A stretch of 64,000 nt of DNA from Polaromonas sp. GTDB taxonomy: Bacteria; Pseudomonadota; Gammaproteobacteria; Burkholderiales; Burkholderiaceae_C. The stretch spans positions 11,531-75,530 of the forward strand of contig JAKFXR010000065.1 in assembly GCA_021731285.1 (NCBI GenBank), in the 5' to 3' direction. A program made the position numbers and the translations under genes. The notes under the pieces were generated by a model that worked only from the letters and a program-made list of their open reading frames with translations, made no database searches and was not told the origin of the DNA. Shown in pieces: positions 55,253-64,000 of this stretch; position 1 is the stretch's first letter; every line of letters begins with the position of its first letter.

Positions 55253-56371
55253 TCAGCCGTTGGAGGCTGTTTCCAGCTCTGCCAGCAGTTCGGCGCCGCG
55301 CGCGACCTGCAGGGCGGTCACCACGTCGTCAAGGTCGCCTTCCATGATGGTCAACAGTTTGTACAGGGTCAGGTTGATGCGGTGGTCGGTCAGCCGCCCC
55401 TGCGGGAAGTTGTAAGTGCGTATGCGGTCGCTGCGGTCGCCGCTGCCGATCAGACCCTTGCGTGTGGCGGCATCCCTGGCAGCCCGCTCGGACCGGTCTT
55501 TTTCATGGATGCGGGCGGTCAGCACCTTGAGGGCCTGCGCCTTGTTGCTGTGCTGGCTGCGGCCATCCTGGCATTCGGCCACGATGCCGGTGGGCAGGTG
55601 GGTGATGCGTACCGCAGAGTCGGTCTTGTTGATGTGCTGTCCGCCCGCGCCGCTGGCGCGGTAGGTGTCGATGCGCAGGTCGGACGGATTGATCTGGATG
55701 GCCACCGCCTCGTCAGGCTCTGGCAGCACGGCCACGGTGCAGGCGCTGGTGTGGATGCGGCCCTGGGTTTCGGTGGCCGGCACGCGCTGCACGCGATGAC
55801 CGCCAGACTCAAAACGCAGCTTGCCATAAACGCCGACGCCCGTGCCGTCGAGGGGGCCCTCCACACGCAGCACCACCTCCTTGTAGCCGCCCAGTTCGCT
55901 GGGCGACTCGCTGATGATTTCACTGCGCCAACCCTTGCGCTCGGCGTACCGGGTGTAGAGCCTGAACAGGTCACCCGCAAACAGCGCCGACTCGTCGCCG
56001 CCGGTACCGGCGCGAATCTCGATAAAAGCCGGACGCGCATCGTCCGGGTCCTTGGGGATCAGCATCAGTTGCAGGGCCTCGTCCAGACGGACGATGTCGG
56101 CCTGCGCGGCGGCAATTTCTTCCTCGGCCATGGCGGCCATCTCGGGGTCGTCTCTGGCTTCAGCCAGCATGGTTTGCGCGCTGGCCAGGTCGGCCTCGCG
56201 CGCTGTCAGTTGCTGGTACTGACCGACCACCACGCTGGCTTCAGAGTGCTCGCGCGTGAGGTTGCGAAAGCGCTCCATGTTGCTGACCACGTCGCTGGCC
56301 GACAGCAGGGCATCGAGCTCGTGCAGCCGGAAAATCTGGCGTTCCAGGGTTTGGCGAAGGAAAGGTTTCAT
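55253..56371 (-). CDS. prfA: Peptide chain release factor 1
   Basis: PAT recognition motif, [12 protein letters not shown]; hemA-prfA-prmC synteny. Confidence 0.98.
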   Translation of the reverse strand: MKPFLRQTLERQIFRLHELDALLSASDVVSNMERFRNLTREHSEASVVVGQYQQLTAREADLASAQTMLAEARDDPEMAAMAEEEIAAAQADIVRLDEALQLMLIPKDPDDARPAFIEIRAGTGGDESALFAGDLFRLYTRYAERKGWRSEIISESPSELGGYKEVVLRVEGPLDGTGVGVYGKLRFESGGHRVQRVPATETQGRIHTSACTVAVLPEPDEAVAIQINPSDLRIDTYRASGAGGQHINKTDSAVRITHLPTGIVAECQDGRSQHSNKAQALKVLTARIHEKDRSERAARDAATRKGLIGSGDRSDRIRTYNFPQGRLTDHRINLTLYKLLTIMEGDLDDVVTALQVARGAELLAELETASNG

Positions 56372-56472
56372 TGGAAAAACGCCGTGAGGCAATAAGCGGT
56401 AGGGGCAAGCGTCCGGCCTGAGCCGATGCCGGGGAAGTACTCAAGCCGCAGCTTGAGCCAGCGCCAGCGGCG

Positions 56473-57753
56473 CTAACGCTCCCGGTCTTGTTTGGGCAGG
56501 TCGCCGCGCAGGAAGAGGCGCGAGACGGTTTTTTCAGTGGCTTCGCGGCTGTGGACGTCACCGGCGTGCAGCTCGGCCAGGGCGCCATGCAGCATTTTCT
56601 GGGTCAGTCCGCGTGACAGGGCCTCGAGCACGGCGTCTACCGACTCGCCTTTGGCCAGCAGCTTTTTGGCTCTGGCGATTTCGGCGGCACGCCATTCGTC
56701 GGTCTGTGCATTGAGCTGCTGTATCAGCGGTACGGTGCGGCGCTGACCCAGCCAGTGCATGAAGTTCTGCACCCCGGCGTCAATGATGACCTCGGCCTGC
56801 GCCACCGCGGCCTGCCGGTTGTCCTTGCCGGTTTGCACCACCTGGGCCAGATCATCGACGGTGTAGAGGTAAATGTCGGGAAGCGCCTTGACCTCGGGCT
56901 CGATATCGCGCGGTACCGCCAGGTCGACCATGAACATGGGCCGGTGTTTGCGCAGCTTGACCGCACGCTCAACCGCACCCAGGCCGATGATGGGCAGCGT
57001 GCTTGCGGTGCAACTGATGACCGCGTCAAATTCGTGCAGGCGGCTTGGCAGGTCCGCCAGGCGCATGACTTCGGCGCCAAAGCGGCTGGCCAGCTTTTCG
57101 CCACGCTCCAGCGTGCGATTGGCCACTGTCATGGTTTTCGGGTTTTTTGCGGCAAAGTGGGTGGCGGCCAGGTCGATCATTTCGCCCGCCCCCACGAACA
57201 GCACACGGATATCGCCCAGGTCTTCAAACAACTGACCGGCCAGACGCACCGAAGCTGCCGCCATGCTGATGCTGTGCGCGCCGATCTCGGTGCTGGTGCG
57301 CACTTCCTTGGCCACGGCAAAAGAACGCTGGAACAACTGGTGCAGCGTGCTGCCCATCGCGCCCGCGTCTTCGGCGGCGCGCACCGCGTCTTTCATCTGG
57401 CCCAGAATCTGCGGCTCGCCCAACACCATCGAGTCCAGCCCGCTGGCGACGCGGAAGGCATGGCGCGCCGCATGGTCGTCTTCCAGCGTGTAGGCGTGGG
57501 CACGCAGCAGGCCCGGCGAGACGCCGCCGTGGTTGGCCAGCCATTCCAGGGTGTGGTCCAGGTCGGGCTTGTCGCCAGCGCAATAAATCTCGGTCCGGTT
57601 ACAGGTTGACAGCAACGTGGCTTCCGGCTGGCGCGCCAGGGACTCGCGCAGGCCCTTGAGCGTGGGCTCAACCTGGTCGAGCGCGAACGCAAACCGCCCG
57701 CGTAAATCGAGCGGTGCAGTGGTATGGTTGATGCCCAAGGCCCAGACTGACAT
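56473..57753 (-). CDS. hemA: Glutamyl-tRNA reductase
   Basis: [30 protein letters not shown]. Confidence 0.98.
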   Translation of the reverse strand: MSVWALGINHTTAPLDLRGRFAFALDQVEPTLKGLRESLARQPEATLLSTCNRTEIYCAGDKPDLDHTLEWLANHGGVSPGLLRAHAYTLEDDHAARHAFRVASGLDSMVLGEPQILGQMKDAVRAAEDAGAMGSTLHQLFQRSFAVAKEVRTSTEIGAHSISMAAASVRLAGQLFEDLGDIRVLFVGAGEMIDLAATHFAAKNPKTMTVANRTLERGEKLASRFGAEVMRLADLPSRLHEFDAVISCTASTLPIIGLGAVERAVKLRKHRPMFMVDLAVPRDIEPEVKALPDIYLYTVDDLAQVVQTGKDNRQAAVAQAEVIIDAGVQNFMHWLGQRRTVPLIQQLNAQTDEWRAAEIARAKKLLAKGESVDAVLEALSRGLTQKMLHGALAELHAGDVHSREATEKTVSRLFLRGDLPKQDRER

Positions 57754-57856
57754 TTGAGGATTATAAAATTGAAGGGCCGGTTCGCCCCTTACATTCTTTC
57801 AATCACCTTCATATCGGCCCCACCCGGGAGGACCCGGCCCACAGCGACCGCTCTTC

Positions 57857-58147
57857 ATGACCGCACTCAACCTGATCAATCAGTTGCTCAATTTCATGGC
57901 TCCCGCGGCCTTTGTGGCAGGGATCCTTGTGCTGCTGAGCCGGGTGTTTGCCCGCCTCTTCAAGGTAAAACGGCAGTTTTCCCTTTCGTCACCTCAACAG
58001 TTTGCTATTGTTTTTATAGTGTCTGCTCTGCTGTTGCTGGCCGGCCTGGCGGTGTTTGGACGCGACGGAAAGATGGCCAGCTACGCCTTGCTGGCGCTGG
58101 GTGCGGCGACCTGCCAGTGGGTCTTGCTGCGGGGCTGGAGAGCCTGA
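57857..58147 (+). CDS. Small hypothetical membrane protein
   Basis: Three hydrophobic segments, FGRDGKMASY; divergent from hemA. Confidence 0.7.
   Translation: MTALNLINQLLNFMAPAAFVAGILVLLSRVFARLFKVKRQFSLSSPQQFAIVFIVSALLLLAGLAVFGRDGKMASYALLALGAATCQWVLLRGWRA
57967..58020 (-). repeat. 54-bp motif, copy 12 (inside small membrane protein CDS)
   Basis: AAAA-N9-TCCCTT-N18-GCTAT-tgttttt-ATAGT. Confidence 0.8.
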
Positions 58148-58963
58148 TCAGGCGTCAGGCGCGAAAAAGTCCACCCTGTCGGTGATGATGCCGTCGGTGC
58201 CCAAATCCCAGAGCCGTTGCACCGAAGCCTCATCGTTGACGGTGTAGCTTAAGGCACGAAACCCGGCGCTTTTGGCTTGCAACACGCTGGAGTTGTCCCA
58301 CAGGGTGTGCTTGCAGACCACGGCCACGCAGTCCAGCGTCAAGGCTGTTTCCAGCCAGCCTTTCCAGAAGCCGTCCAGCAGCAGGCCACGCGGCAACTGC
58401 GCCTGCGCCAACTGCGCGGCCTGCAGGGCGCCCGGGTGGAAGGAGGTCAGCAGCGGCGGGACCTCAGCACCTTGCCACAGGCGTGCAGCAGCGTCGGCCA
58501 CGGCTGCGCCTGTTTGCGCTTCCAGTCCAGGTGTGGGCTTGATTTCTATGTTCAGAAAATAACCCTTGCCGAGGCAATAGTCCGCCACTTTTTCCAGAGT
58601 GGCCAGTGGCTCGCCAGCGTAAGCGGGTGAATGCCAGGCGCCTGCGTCAAGCGTTGACAGCTGGTCCCAGCTCTGTGCGCCGCCTGAGCCCAAACCGTTG
58701 CTGGTGCGCTCCAGCGTGGCATCGTGCAGCAGGAAAGGCACACCGTCGGCGCTTAATTTCACATCGCATTCAAACATGCGGTAGCCGTGGCTGGCGCCCA
58801 ACTCGAAAGCCGCGAGGGTGTTTTCAGGGGCCAGCATGCCGGCGCCGCGGTGCGCAATCCAGCGCGGGTAGGGCCAGGCGCCATCCGGCTCCACGCTGCC
58901 CTTTGCACCGGCTAGAGGGGCTGACCTTGCTTGAGGCAGCCCAGCTCTGCGTTCGATGCTCAC
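58148..58963 (-). CDS. ugpQ: Glycerophosphodiester phosphodiesterase
   Basis: IAHRG, PENT, ECDV, NIEIK; start could be GTG 58894. Confidence 0.93.
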   Translation of the reverse strand: MSIERRAGLPQARSAPLAGAKGSVEPDGAWPYPRWIAHRGAGMLAPENTLAAFELGASHGYRMFECDVKLSADGVPFLLHDATLERTSNGLGSGGAQSWDQLSTLDAGAWHSPAYAGEPLATLEKVADYCLGKGYFLNIEIKPTPGLEAQTGAAVADAAARLWQGAEVPPLLTSFHPGALQAAQLAQAQLPRGLLLDGFWKGWLETALTLDCVAVVCKHTLWDNSSVLQAKSAGFRALSYTVNDEASVQRLWDLGTDGIITDRVDFFAPDA

Positions 58964-59979
58964 GCGAGCCTTTTCCCGGATTCTGGATCAAACCAGTGCA
59001 TGCGATCAGCCCTAGCCGTGACATGAATATTCGCCCCCAGAGCGGGGCAAACATCGCTTTCGTTCGCCCGCACAATCAGTTGTTCGTCTCCAAAGCGGCA
59101 GTACACCAGCCGCTCGGCGCCCAGCATTTCGATGGTTTCGACCTGCACTGGCCAGCCTGCTGCTGTGATTTGCAGATGCTCCGGACGCACGCCCATGACG
59201 GCGCCCGCGGGCCCGCCCAGCGTGGCGTTGGGGCCGTGCTTGAGGAGGTTCATCGGAGGCGAGCCCATGAAGCTGCCCACAAAGGTGGTGGCGGGCCGGT
59301 TGTAGACCTCTTCGGGCGTGCCAAACTGCTCCATGCGGCCGGCGTTCATGACAATCATGCGCTGCGCCAGTGTCATGGCCTCGACCTGGTCGTGGGTGAC
59401 AAACAGGGAAGTGATGCCCAGTTCGCGGTGCAGCTTCTGGATTTCCAGCCGCGTTTGCACCCTGAGTTTGGCGTCCAGGTTGGACAGGGGCTCGTCGAAC
59501 AAAAACACCTGCGGCTGGCGCACGATGGCGCGGCCCATGGCCACGCGCTGGCGCTGGCCGCCCGAGAGCTCGCGCGGCTTGCGTGCCAGCAAATGGCCCA
59601 GCTCAAGAATGCCTGCGGCCTTGTCGACCCGTGCCTTGATCTCGTCCAGCGGCACCTTCTTGATCTTGAGCCCATAGGCCATGTTGTCGAACACGCTCAT
59701 GTGTGGATAGAGCGCGTAGTTCTGGAACACCATGGCAATGTCACGCTCGGCCGGTTCCAGCTCATTGACCACGCGCCCGCCTATGGAGATTTCACCGCCG
59801 GAGATTTCCTCCAGGCCGGCGACCATGCGCAGCAGGGTGGACTTGCCACAGCCTGAAGGGCCGACGATAACGATGAATTCATGGTCGGCGATGTCAGCAT
59901 TGACGCCATGGATGACCTGCAGCGCCTGCTTGCCCTTGCCATAGCGCTTGACGACGTCTTTGAGTTGTATTGAAGCCAT
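58960..59979 (-). CDS. ugpC: sn-glycerol-3-phosphate ABC ATPase
   Basis: [27 protein letters not shown]. Confidence 0.93.
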   Translation of the reverse strand: MASIQLKDVVKRYGKGKQALQVIHGVNADIADHEFIVIVGPSGCGKSTLLRMVAGLEEISGGEISIGGRVVNELEPAERDIAMVFQNYALYPHMSVFDNMAYGLKIKKVPLDEIKARVDKAAGILELGHLLARKPRELSGGQRQRVAMGRAIVRQPQVFLFDEPLSNLDAKLRVQTRLEIQKLHRELGITSLFVTHDQVEAMTLAQRMIVMNAGRMEQFGTPEEVYNRPATTFVGSFMGSPPMNLLKHGPNATLGGPAGAVMGVRPEHLQITAAGWPVQVETIEMLGAERLVYCRFGDEQLIVRANESDVCPALGANIHVTARADRMHWFDPESGKRLA

Positions 59980-60833
59980 TATTTTTCAGTGTCCACAAGA
60001 CCTTTGACAAACCACTTCTGCATCAGCATCACCACGATGGCCGGTGGCAGCATGGCCAGGATGGCGGTGGCCATGACCACATTCCACTCGATATACAGTT
60101 CGCCGAAAATCAGGCGCTTGATGCCCATGACGATGGGGTACATGCGCTCGTCGGTGGTCACCAGCAGTGGCCACAGGTACTGGTTCCAGCCATAGATGAA
60201 CTGGATGACAAACAGCGCGGCGACCGAGGTTTTGGACAGCGGCAGCAGCACGTCCTTAAAAAAGCGCATCGGTCCGGCGCCATCCATGCGCGCCGCTTCG
60301 ACCAGCTCGTCCGGCACGGTCAGGAAAAACTGGCGAAACAAAAAGGTGGCAGTGGCCGACGCGATCAGCGGCACGGTCAGGCCCGACATGGTGTTGAGCA
60401 TGCCCAGGTTGGAGACCACTTCGTAGGTCGGCCCTATGCGCACCTCCACCGGCAGCATGAGGGTCACAAAAATCATCCAGAACACCGCGTTCTTGAACGG
60501 GAAGCGGAAGTAGACAATGGCGAAGGCCGACAGCAGGGAAATGGCAATCTTGCCGATCGCGATGATGAGCGCGCTGGCCAGGCTGATGAGCATCATGGGC
60601 CCCGCTGCTCCAATGGTGGCGCCCGCCTCGGTCTTGCCGCCGAACAGCGCGATCCGGTAACTTTCGACAAAATTGCCACCCGGCATCAACGAGATCGGGT
60701 TGCTGGTCTGGATCTGCGCCGCCGTCTGGGTCGAACCGATGAAGGTCACATAGATCGGGAAAAACACGACAAGCACCCCGAGGATCAGGATCAGGTGCGT
60801 GAAAAAATCAAGGATGGGGTTGCGCTGGATCAT
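59979..60833 (-). CDS. ugpE: sn-glycerol-3-phosphate ABC permease
   Basis: [21 protein letters not shown]. Confidence 0.93.
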   Translation of the reverse strand: MIQRNPILDFFTHLILILGVLVVFFPIYVTFIGSTQTAAQIQTSNPISLMPGGNFVESYRIALFGGKTEAGATIGAAGPMMLISLASALIIAIGKIAISLLSAFAIVYFRFPFKNAVFWMIFVTLMLPVEVRIGPTYEVVSNLGMLNTMSGLTVPLIASATATFLFRQFFLTVPDELVEAARMDGAGPMRFFKDVLLPLSKTSVAALFVIQFIYGWNQYLWPLLVTTDERMYPIVMGIKRLIFGELYIEWNVVMATAILAMLPPAIVVMLMQKWFVKGLVDTEK

Positions 60834-60849
60834 GGCTGGACTCGGGACA

Positions 60850-61731
60850 TCAGTAGTTCACCTTTTTCTCGACAAATTTGAACTGGATCACCGTCAGCAC
60901 GACAACAATCACCATCAGCACCACCGACTGTGCCGCAGAGCCATTGATGTCCAGCGCCTTGAAGCCGTCGTAGTACACCTTGTAGACCAGGATGGAGGTG
61001 TCCTTGCCCGGTCCGCCATGGGTGGCCGCATCGACGATGGCAAAGGTGTCAAAGAAGGCATAAACGATGTTGATCACCAGCAGGAAAAACGTCGTGGGTG
61101 ACAGCAAAGGGAAGACGATGCTCCAGAAGCGCTTCCAGGGCGAGGCGCCGTCAATGGTCGCGGCCTCAATCAGCGAGTGCGGGATCGATTGCAGCCCCGC
61201 CAGGAAAAACAGGAAGTTGTAGGAGATCTGCTTCCACACCGCAGCCATCACGATCAACGCCATCGCGTGTTTGCCATTGAGCAGGTGGTTCCACTCGAAG
61301 CCGATTTCGCGCAGGGCATAGGCCAGCACACCATAAGGCGAGGCGAACATCATCAGCCAGAGCACGCCGGCCACCACGGGCGCGGTGGCGTACGGCCAGA
61401 TCAGCAGGGTCTTGTAGATGCCGGCGCCGCGCACGACACGGTTGGCCATGACGGCCAGCAGCAGGGCAATGGTCAGCCCCGACACGGCCACCAGCGCGGA
61501 GAAAATCGCGGTGGTGTAGAAGGACTCCAGATAGCCCGGGTCCCCGAACAGGCGGCGAAAATTGTCCAGTCCGACAAATTCGCGGGAGGAACCGAAAGCG
61601 TCTTCCAGCAACAGGCTTTGGTACAGCGCCTGACCTGCCGGCCAGAAAAAGAAAACCAGAATGACCGCCATCTGCGGCGCAATCAGCGCCCAGGGCAGCC
61701 AGGCCGATTTGAAAAGTACCCGTTTTTCCAT
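60850..61731 (-). CDS. ugpA: sn-glycerol-3-phosphate ABC permease
   Basis: WKQISYNFLFFLAGLQSIP, SAAQSV. Confidence 0.93.
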   Translation of the reverse strand: MEKRVLFKSAWLPWALIAPQMAVILVFFFWPAGQALYQSLLLEDAFGSSREFVGLDNFRRLFGDPGYLESFYTTAIFSALVAVSGLTIALLLAVMANRVVRGAGIYKTLLIWPYATAPVVAGVLWLMMFASPYGVLAYALREIGFEWNHLLNGKHAMALIVMAAVWKQISYNFLFFLAGLQSIPHSLIEAATIDGASPWKRFWSIVFPLLSPTTFFLLVINIVYAFFDTFAIVDAATHGGPGKDTSILVYKVYYDGFKALDINGSAAQSVVLMVIVVVLTVIQFKFVEKKVNY

Positions 61732-61736
61732 CAGAT

Positions 61737-61790
61737 GCTATAAAAATAGGAGCAAACCGCCCGCACCATTCGAGGGCAGACCGGCTTTTT
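61737..61790 (+). repeat. 54-bp motif, copy 13 (ugpB-ugpA)
   Basis: GCTAT-aaaaata-GGAGC-N18-GAGGGC-N9-TTTT. Confidence 0.82.
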
Positions 61791-61825
61791 TCTTGAAGGC
61801 GGCGGCACGCCCGCCGCGCCGCGCA

Positions 61826-63139
61826 CTAGGACTTGTTGGCTTTCTGAAAACGCTCAAGCTGCTCGTTTCCGCGCTTGACGGCGGCATCCAGCGCCTCTTT
61901 GGGCTGCTTGCTGCCTTTCCAGACGCCTTCGAGTTCTTCGTCGATGATGGTGCGGATCTGAACAAAATTGCCCAGGCGCACGCCGCGCGACTTGTCGGTG
62001 GTTTTGCGGATCATCTGGTTCACAGAGACATCGGTGCCGGGGTTCTTTTTATAAAACCCTGATTTGTCGGTGATCTCGAAAGATGCCTTGGTCACTGGCA
62101 GGTAACCGGTGCGCTGGTGGCTTTTGGCTGCGACGTCGGGTTGGGACAGGTAGTTGAAAAACGCGGCCACGGCCTTGTATTCCTCGGGCTTCTTGCCCGA
62201 CATGGCCCACAGGCTCGCGCCGCCGATGACCGTGTTCTGCGGCGCACCCTGCACGTCGGGGTAATAGGGCAGGGTGCCTATGCCGTAGCCAAACTTGCCG
62301 TTGCGCGTGACGCTGCCGTACAGTGCAGAAGAGCCGGTGGCCATGGCGCACTCGCCCGATACAAATGTGGCGTCAGCGGCGTTGCCGCGGCCTTTGTAGA
62401 CAAACAGCCCGGTCTTGGCCATGTTGGCCAGGTTTTCGATATGCCGTACATGCAGCGGCGTGTTGAAGTTCAAACGGGTGTCCAGGCCGTCAAAGCCGTT
62501 GTTTTTGGTCGCGTAGAGCACGTTGTGCCAGGCCGAGAAGCTCTCCAGCTGGGTCCAGCTGATCCAGCTGGTGGTGAAAGGGCATTTGTGCCCCGAGGCC
62601 TTGAGTTTGGCTGCGGCCAGGGCGACTTCCGGCCAGGTGGTGGGCGGTTTTTCAGGATCGAGCCCGGCGGCTTTGAAGGCGTCCTTGTTGTAGTGGAAAA
62701 CCGGGGTTGAACTGTTGAAGGGGAAGCTCAGCATCTGCCCGTTGGGAGCGGTGTAATAGCCGGAGACAGCGGGAACGTAGGCGGCCGGGTCAAACGACAG
62801 GCCGGACTGCTTCATCACCTCGCCGACCGGCTTGCTCGCGCCTTTGGCAGCCATCATGGTTGCCGTGCCTACTTCAAACACCTGCAGGATGTGCGGCGCA
62901 TTGCCGGCGCGGTAAGCAGCAATGGCCGCCGTCATGGACTCGTCGTAGCTGCCCTTGAAGGTGGGCGTGATCTTGTAGTCTTTCTGGCTGGCATTGAAGT
63001 CCTTGGCCAGGTCATTGACCCATTCGCCGAGTGCGCCGCCCATGGAATGCCACCACTGGACTTCCGTCTGGGCATGGCTGGCAATCGGGCTGAAGAGGGC
63101 GCAGGCCGCAAAGGCGAGCCCGGATAAACGGATTTTCAT
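61826..63139 (-). CDS. ugpB: sn-glycerol-3-phosphate-binding periplasmic protein
   Basis: Signal peptide, WWHSM, QVFEVGTATM, PFNSSTP, TGYLP. Confidence 0.95.
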   Translation of the reverse strand: MKIRLSGLAFAACALFSPIASHAQTEVQWWHSMGGALGEWVNDLAKDFNASQKDYKITPTFKGSYDESMTAAIAAYRAGNAPHILQVFEVGTATMMAAKGASKPVGEVMKQSGLSFDPAAYVPAVSGYYTAPNGQMLSFPFNSSTPVFHYNKDAFKAAGLDPEKPPTTWPEVALAAAKLKASGHKCPFTTSWISWTQLESFSAWHNVLYATKNNGFDGLDTRLNFNTPLHVRHIENLANMAKTGLFVYKGRGNAADATFVSGECAMATGSSALYGSVTRNGKFGYGIGTLPYYPDVQGAPQNTVIGGASLWAMSGKKPEEYKAVAAFFNYLSQPDVAAKSHQRTGYLPVTKASFEITDKSGFYKKNPGTDVSVNQMIRKTTDKSRGVRLGNFVQIRTIIDEELEGVWKGSKQPKEALDAAVKRGNEQLERFQKANKS

Positions 63140-63346
63140 GAAAACTCCTGATGGGTAAGGCTTTGTTGGAAGGGGGCAGTTTAGGAGCCCACTGTGTCAG
63201 CCCGATTTAAGCCAAGCCCTTCTCATGGGACAAGCGGGTTTCCACGAAGCCCCCCGCCTTAAAGCGGTTTGTTGCACTGCGGTAACATAGGTACACAGCC
63301 TCCACCAGCACAGAATGGCTGCTGCCAAAGGCTCAATTTCCCCACG

Positions 63347-64000
63347 ATGAACGCCCCTACCACCCTTCAAGAACTGAATGTTTCCGCCGGCGAAGCGCAC
63401 GGGCATGACCGCATTCGCGAGATCCCCTACAACTACACCTCTTTTTCTGACCGTGAAGTGGTGATCCGATTGCTGGGCTCCCGCGCCTGGGACCTGCTGA
63501 ACCTGCTGCGGGACGAGCGGCGCACCGGGCGTTCCGCCCGCATGCTCTACGAGGTGCTCGGCGATGTCTGGGTCGTGCAGCGCAATCCCTACCTGCAGGA
63601 CGACCTGCTGGACAATCCCAGGCGGCGCAAGATGCTGGTCGACGCGCTTCAGCACCGTCTGGGCGAAGTCGAAAAGCGACGCACGCCCGAAGCAGACAAC
63701 CAGCGTGACGCCATCGTCGGCGAACTGCTGGCGGCGGCCCGGGGCGCTGTCGAACGCTTTGCCGTGTCTTTTCAGGACATGTACGATCTGCGGCGCCAGA
63801 CGGCGCGCAAGCTCGGCAAGTTCACCCTCAAGGACAACATCAAGTTCGACGGACTGTCGCGCGTCTCGCATGTGACGGATGCCACCGACTGGCGCGTCGA
63901 GTACCCCTTTGTCGTCCTGACGCCGGACACCGAGGTCGAGATGGCCGGCCTGGTCAAAGGCTGCATTGACCTGGGCCTGACCATCATTCCGCGCGGGGGC
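63347..64000 (+). CDS. FAD-linked oxidase (DUF3683 N-terminal domain), 3'-truncated by window edge
   Basis: Hand translation from ATG 63347: MNAPTT...[16 protein letters not shown]...[21 protein letters not shown]...IIPRGG; absent from the ORF track because it has no stop in the window. Confidence 0.85.
   Translation, partial: MNAPTTLQELNVSAGEAHGHDRIREIPYNYTSFSDREVVIRLLGSRAWDLLNLLRDERRTGRSARMLYEVLGDVWVVQRNPYLQDDLLDNPRRRKMLVDALQHRLGEVEKRRTPEADNQRDAIVGELLAAARGAVERFAVSFQDMYDLRRQTARKLGKFTLKDNIKFDGLSRVSHVTDATDWRVEYPFVVLTPDTEVEMAGLVKGCIDLGLTIIPRGG

Noticed and set aside
63203-63256. GCCCTT upstream of ugpB as another 54-bp motif copy
   Set aside because: No GCTAT-N7-ATAGC palindrome at the 18-nt offset.
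63197-63871. Minus-strand 224-aa ORF and plus-strand 103-aa ORF at the window end
   Set aside because: Shadows of the FAD-linked oxidase frame that starts at 63347 and runs off the window.

Overview
GC-rich core-genome segment of a betaproteobacterium. Gene order and protein sequences point to Comamonadaceae (Polaromonas-like; inferred). Gene order: gltB(partial)-gltD, mlaFEDACB, yadGH-like ABC, bolA/ibaG, murA, hisGDCBHAFIE, membrane protein, HIT, tatABC, degS/Q, cysK, Nif3-like, degenerate GGDEF, pdxA, mscL, petABC, sspAB, tRNA-Thr, dciA, M23 peptidase, secA, argJ, AAA ATPase, mutT, lytic transglycosylase, proS, rppH, CNP1-like, proB, obgE, rpmA, rplU, ispB, tRNA-Pro, pilBCD-coaE-zapD-yacG, grxD, prmC, prfA, hemA, ugpBAECQ and the start of an FAD-linked oxidase. 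No integrase, transposase, prophage or CRISPR is visible. The unexplained structure is two dispersed DNA elements. (1) A 54-bp fixed-geometry motif, GCTAT-N7-ATAGC-N18-AAGGGC-N9-WTTT: 13 full copies plus 1 partial found by eye, in both orientations, 5 of them inside reading frames, with unrelated spacer sequences but invariant spacer lengths. (2) A ~90-bp GC-rich multi-hairpin REP/MITE-like repeat: 7 copies, each within ~10 nt of a stop codon and co-oriented with the upstream gene.
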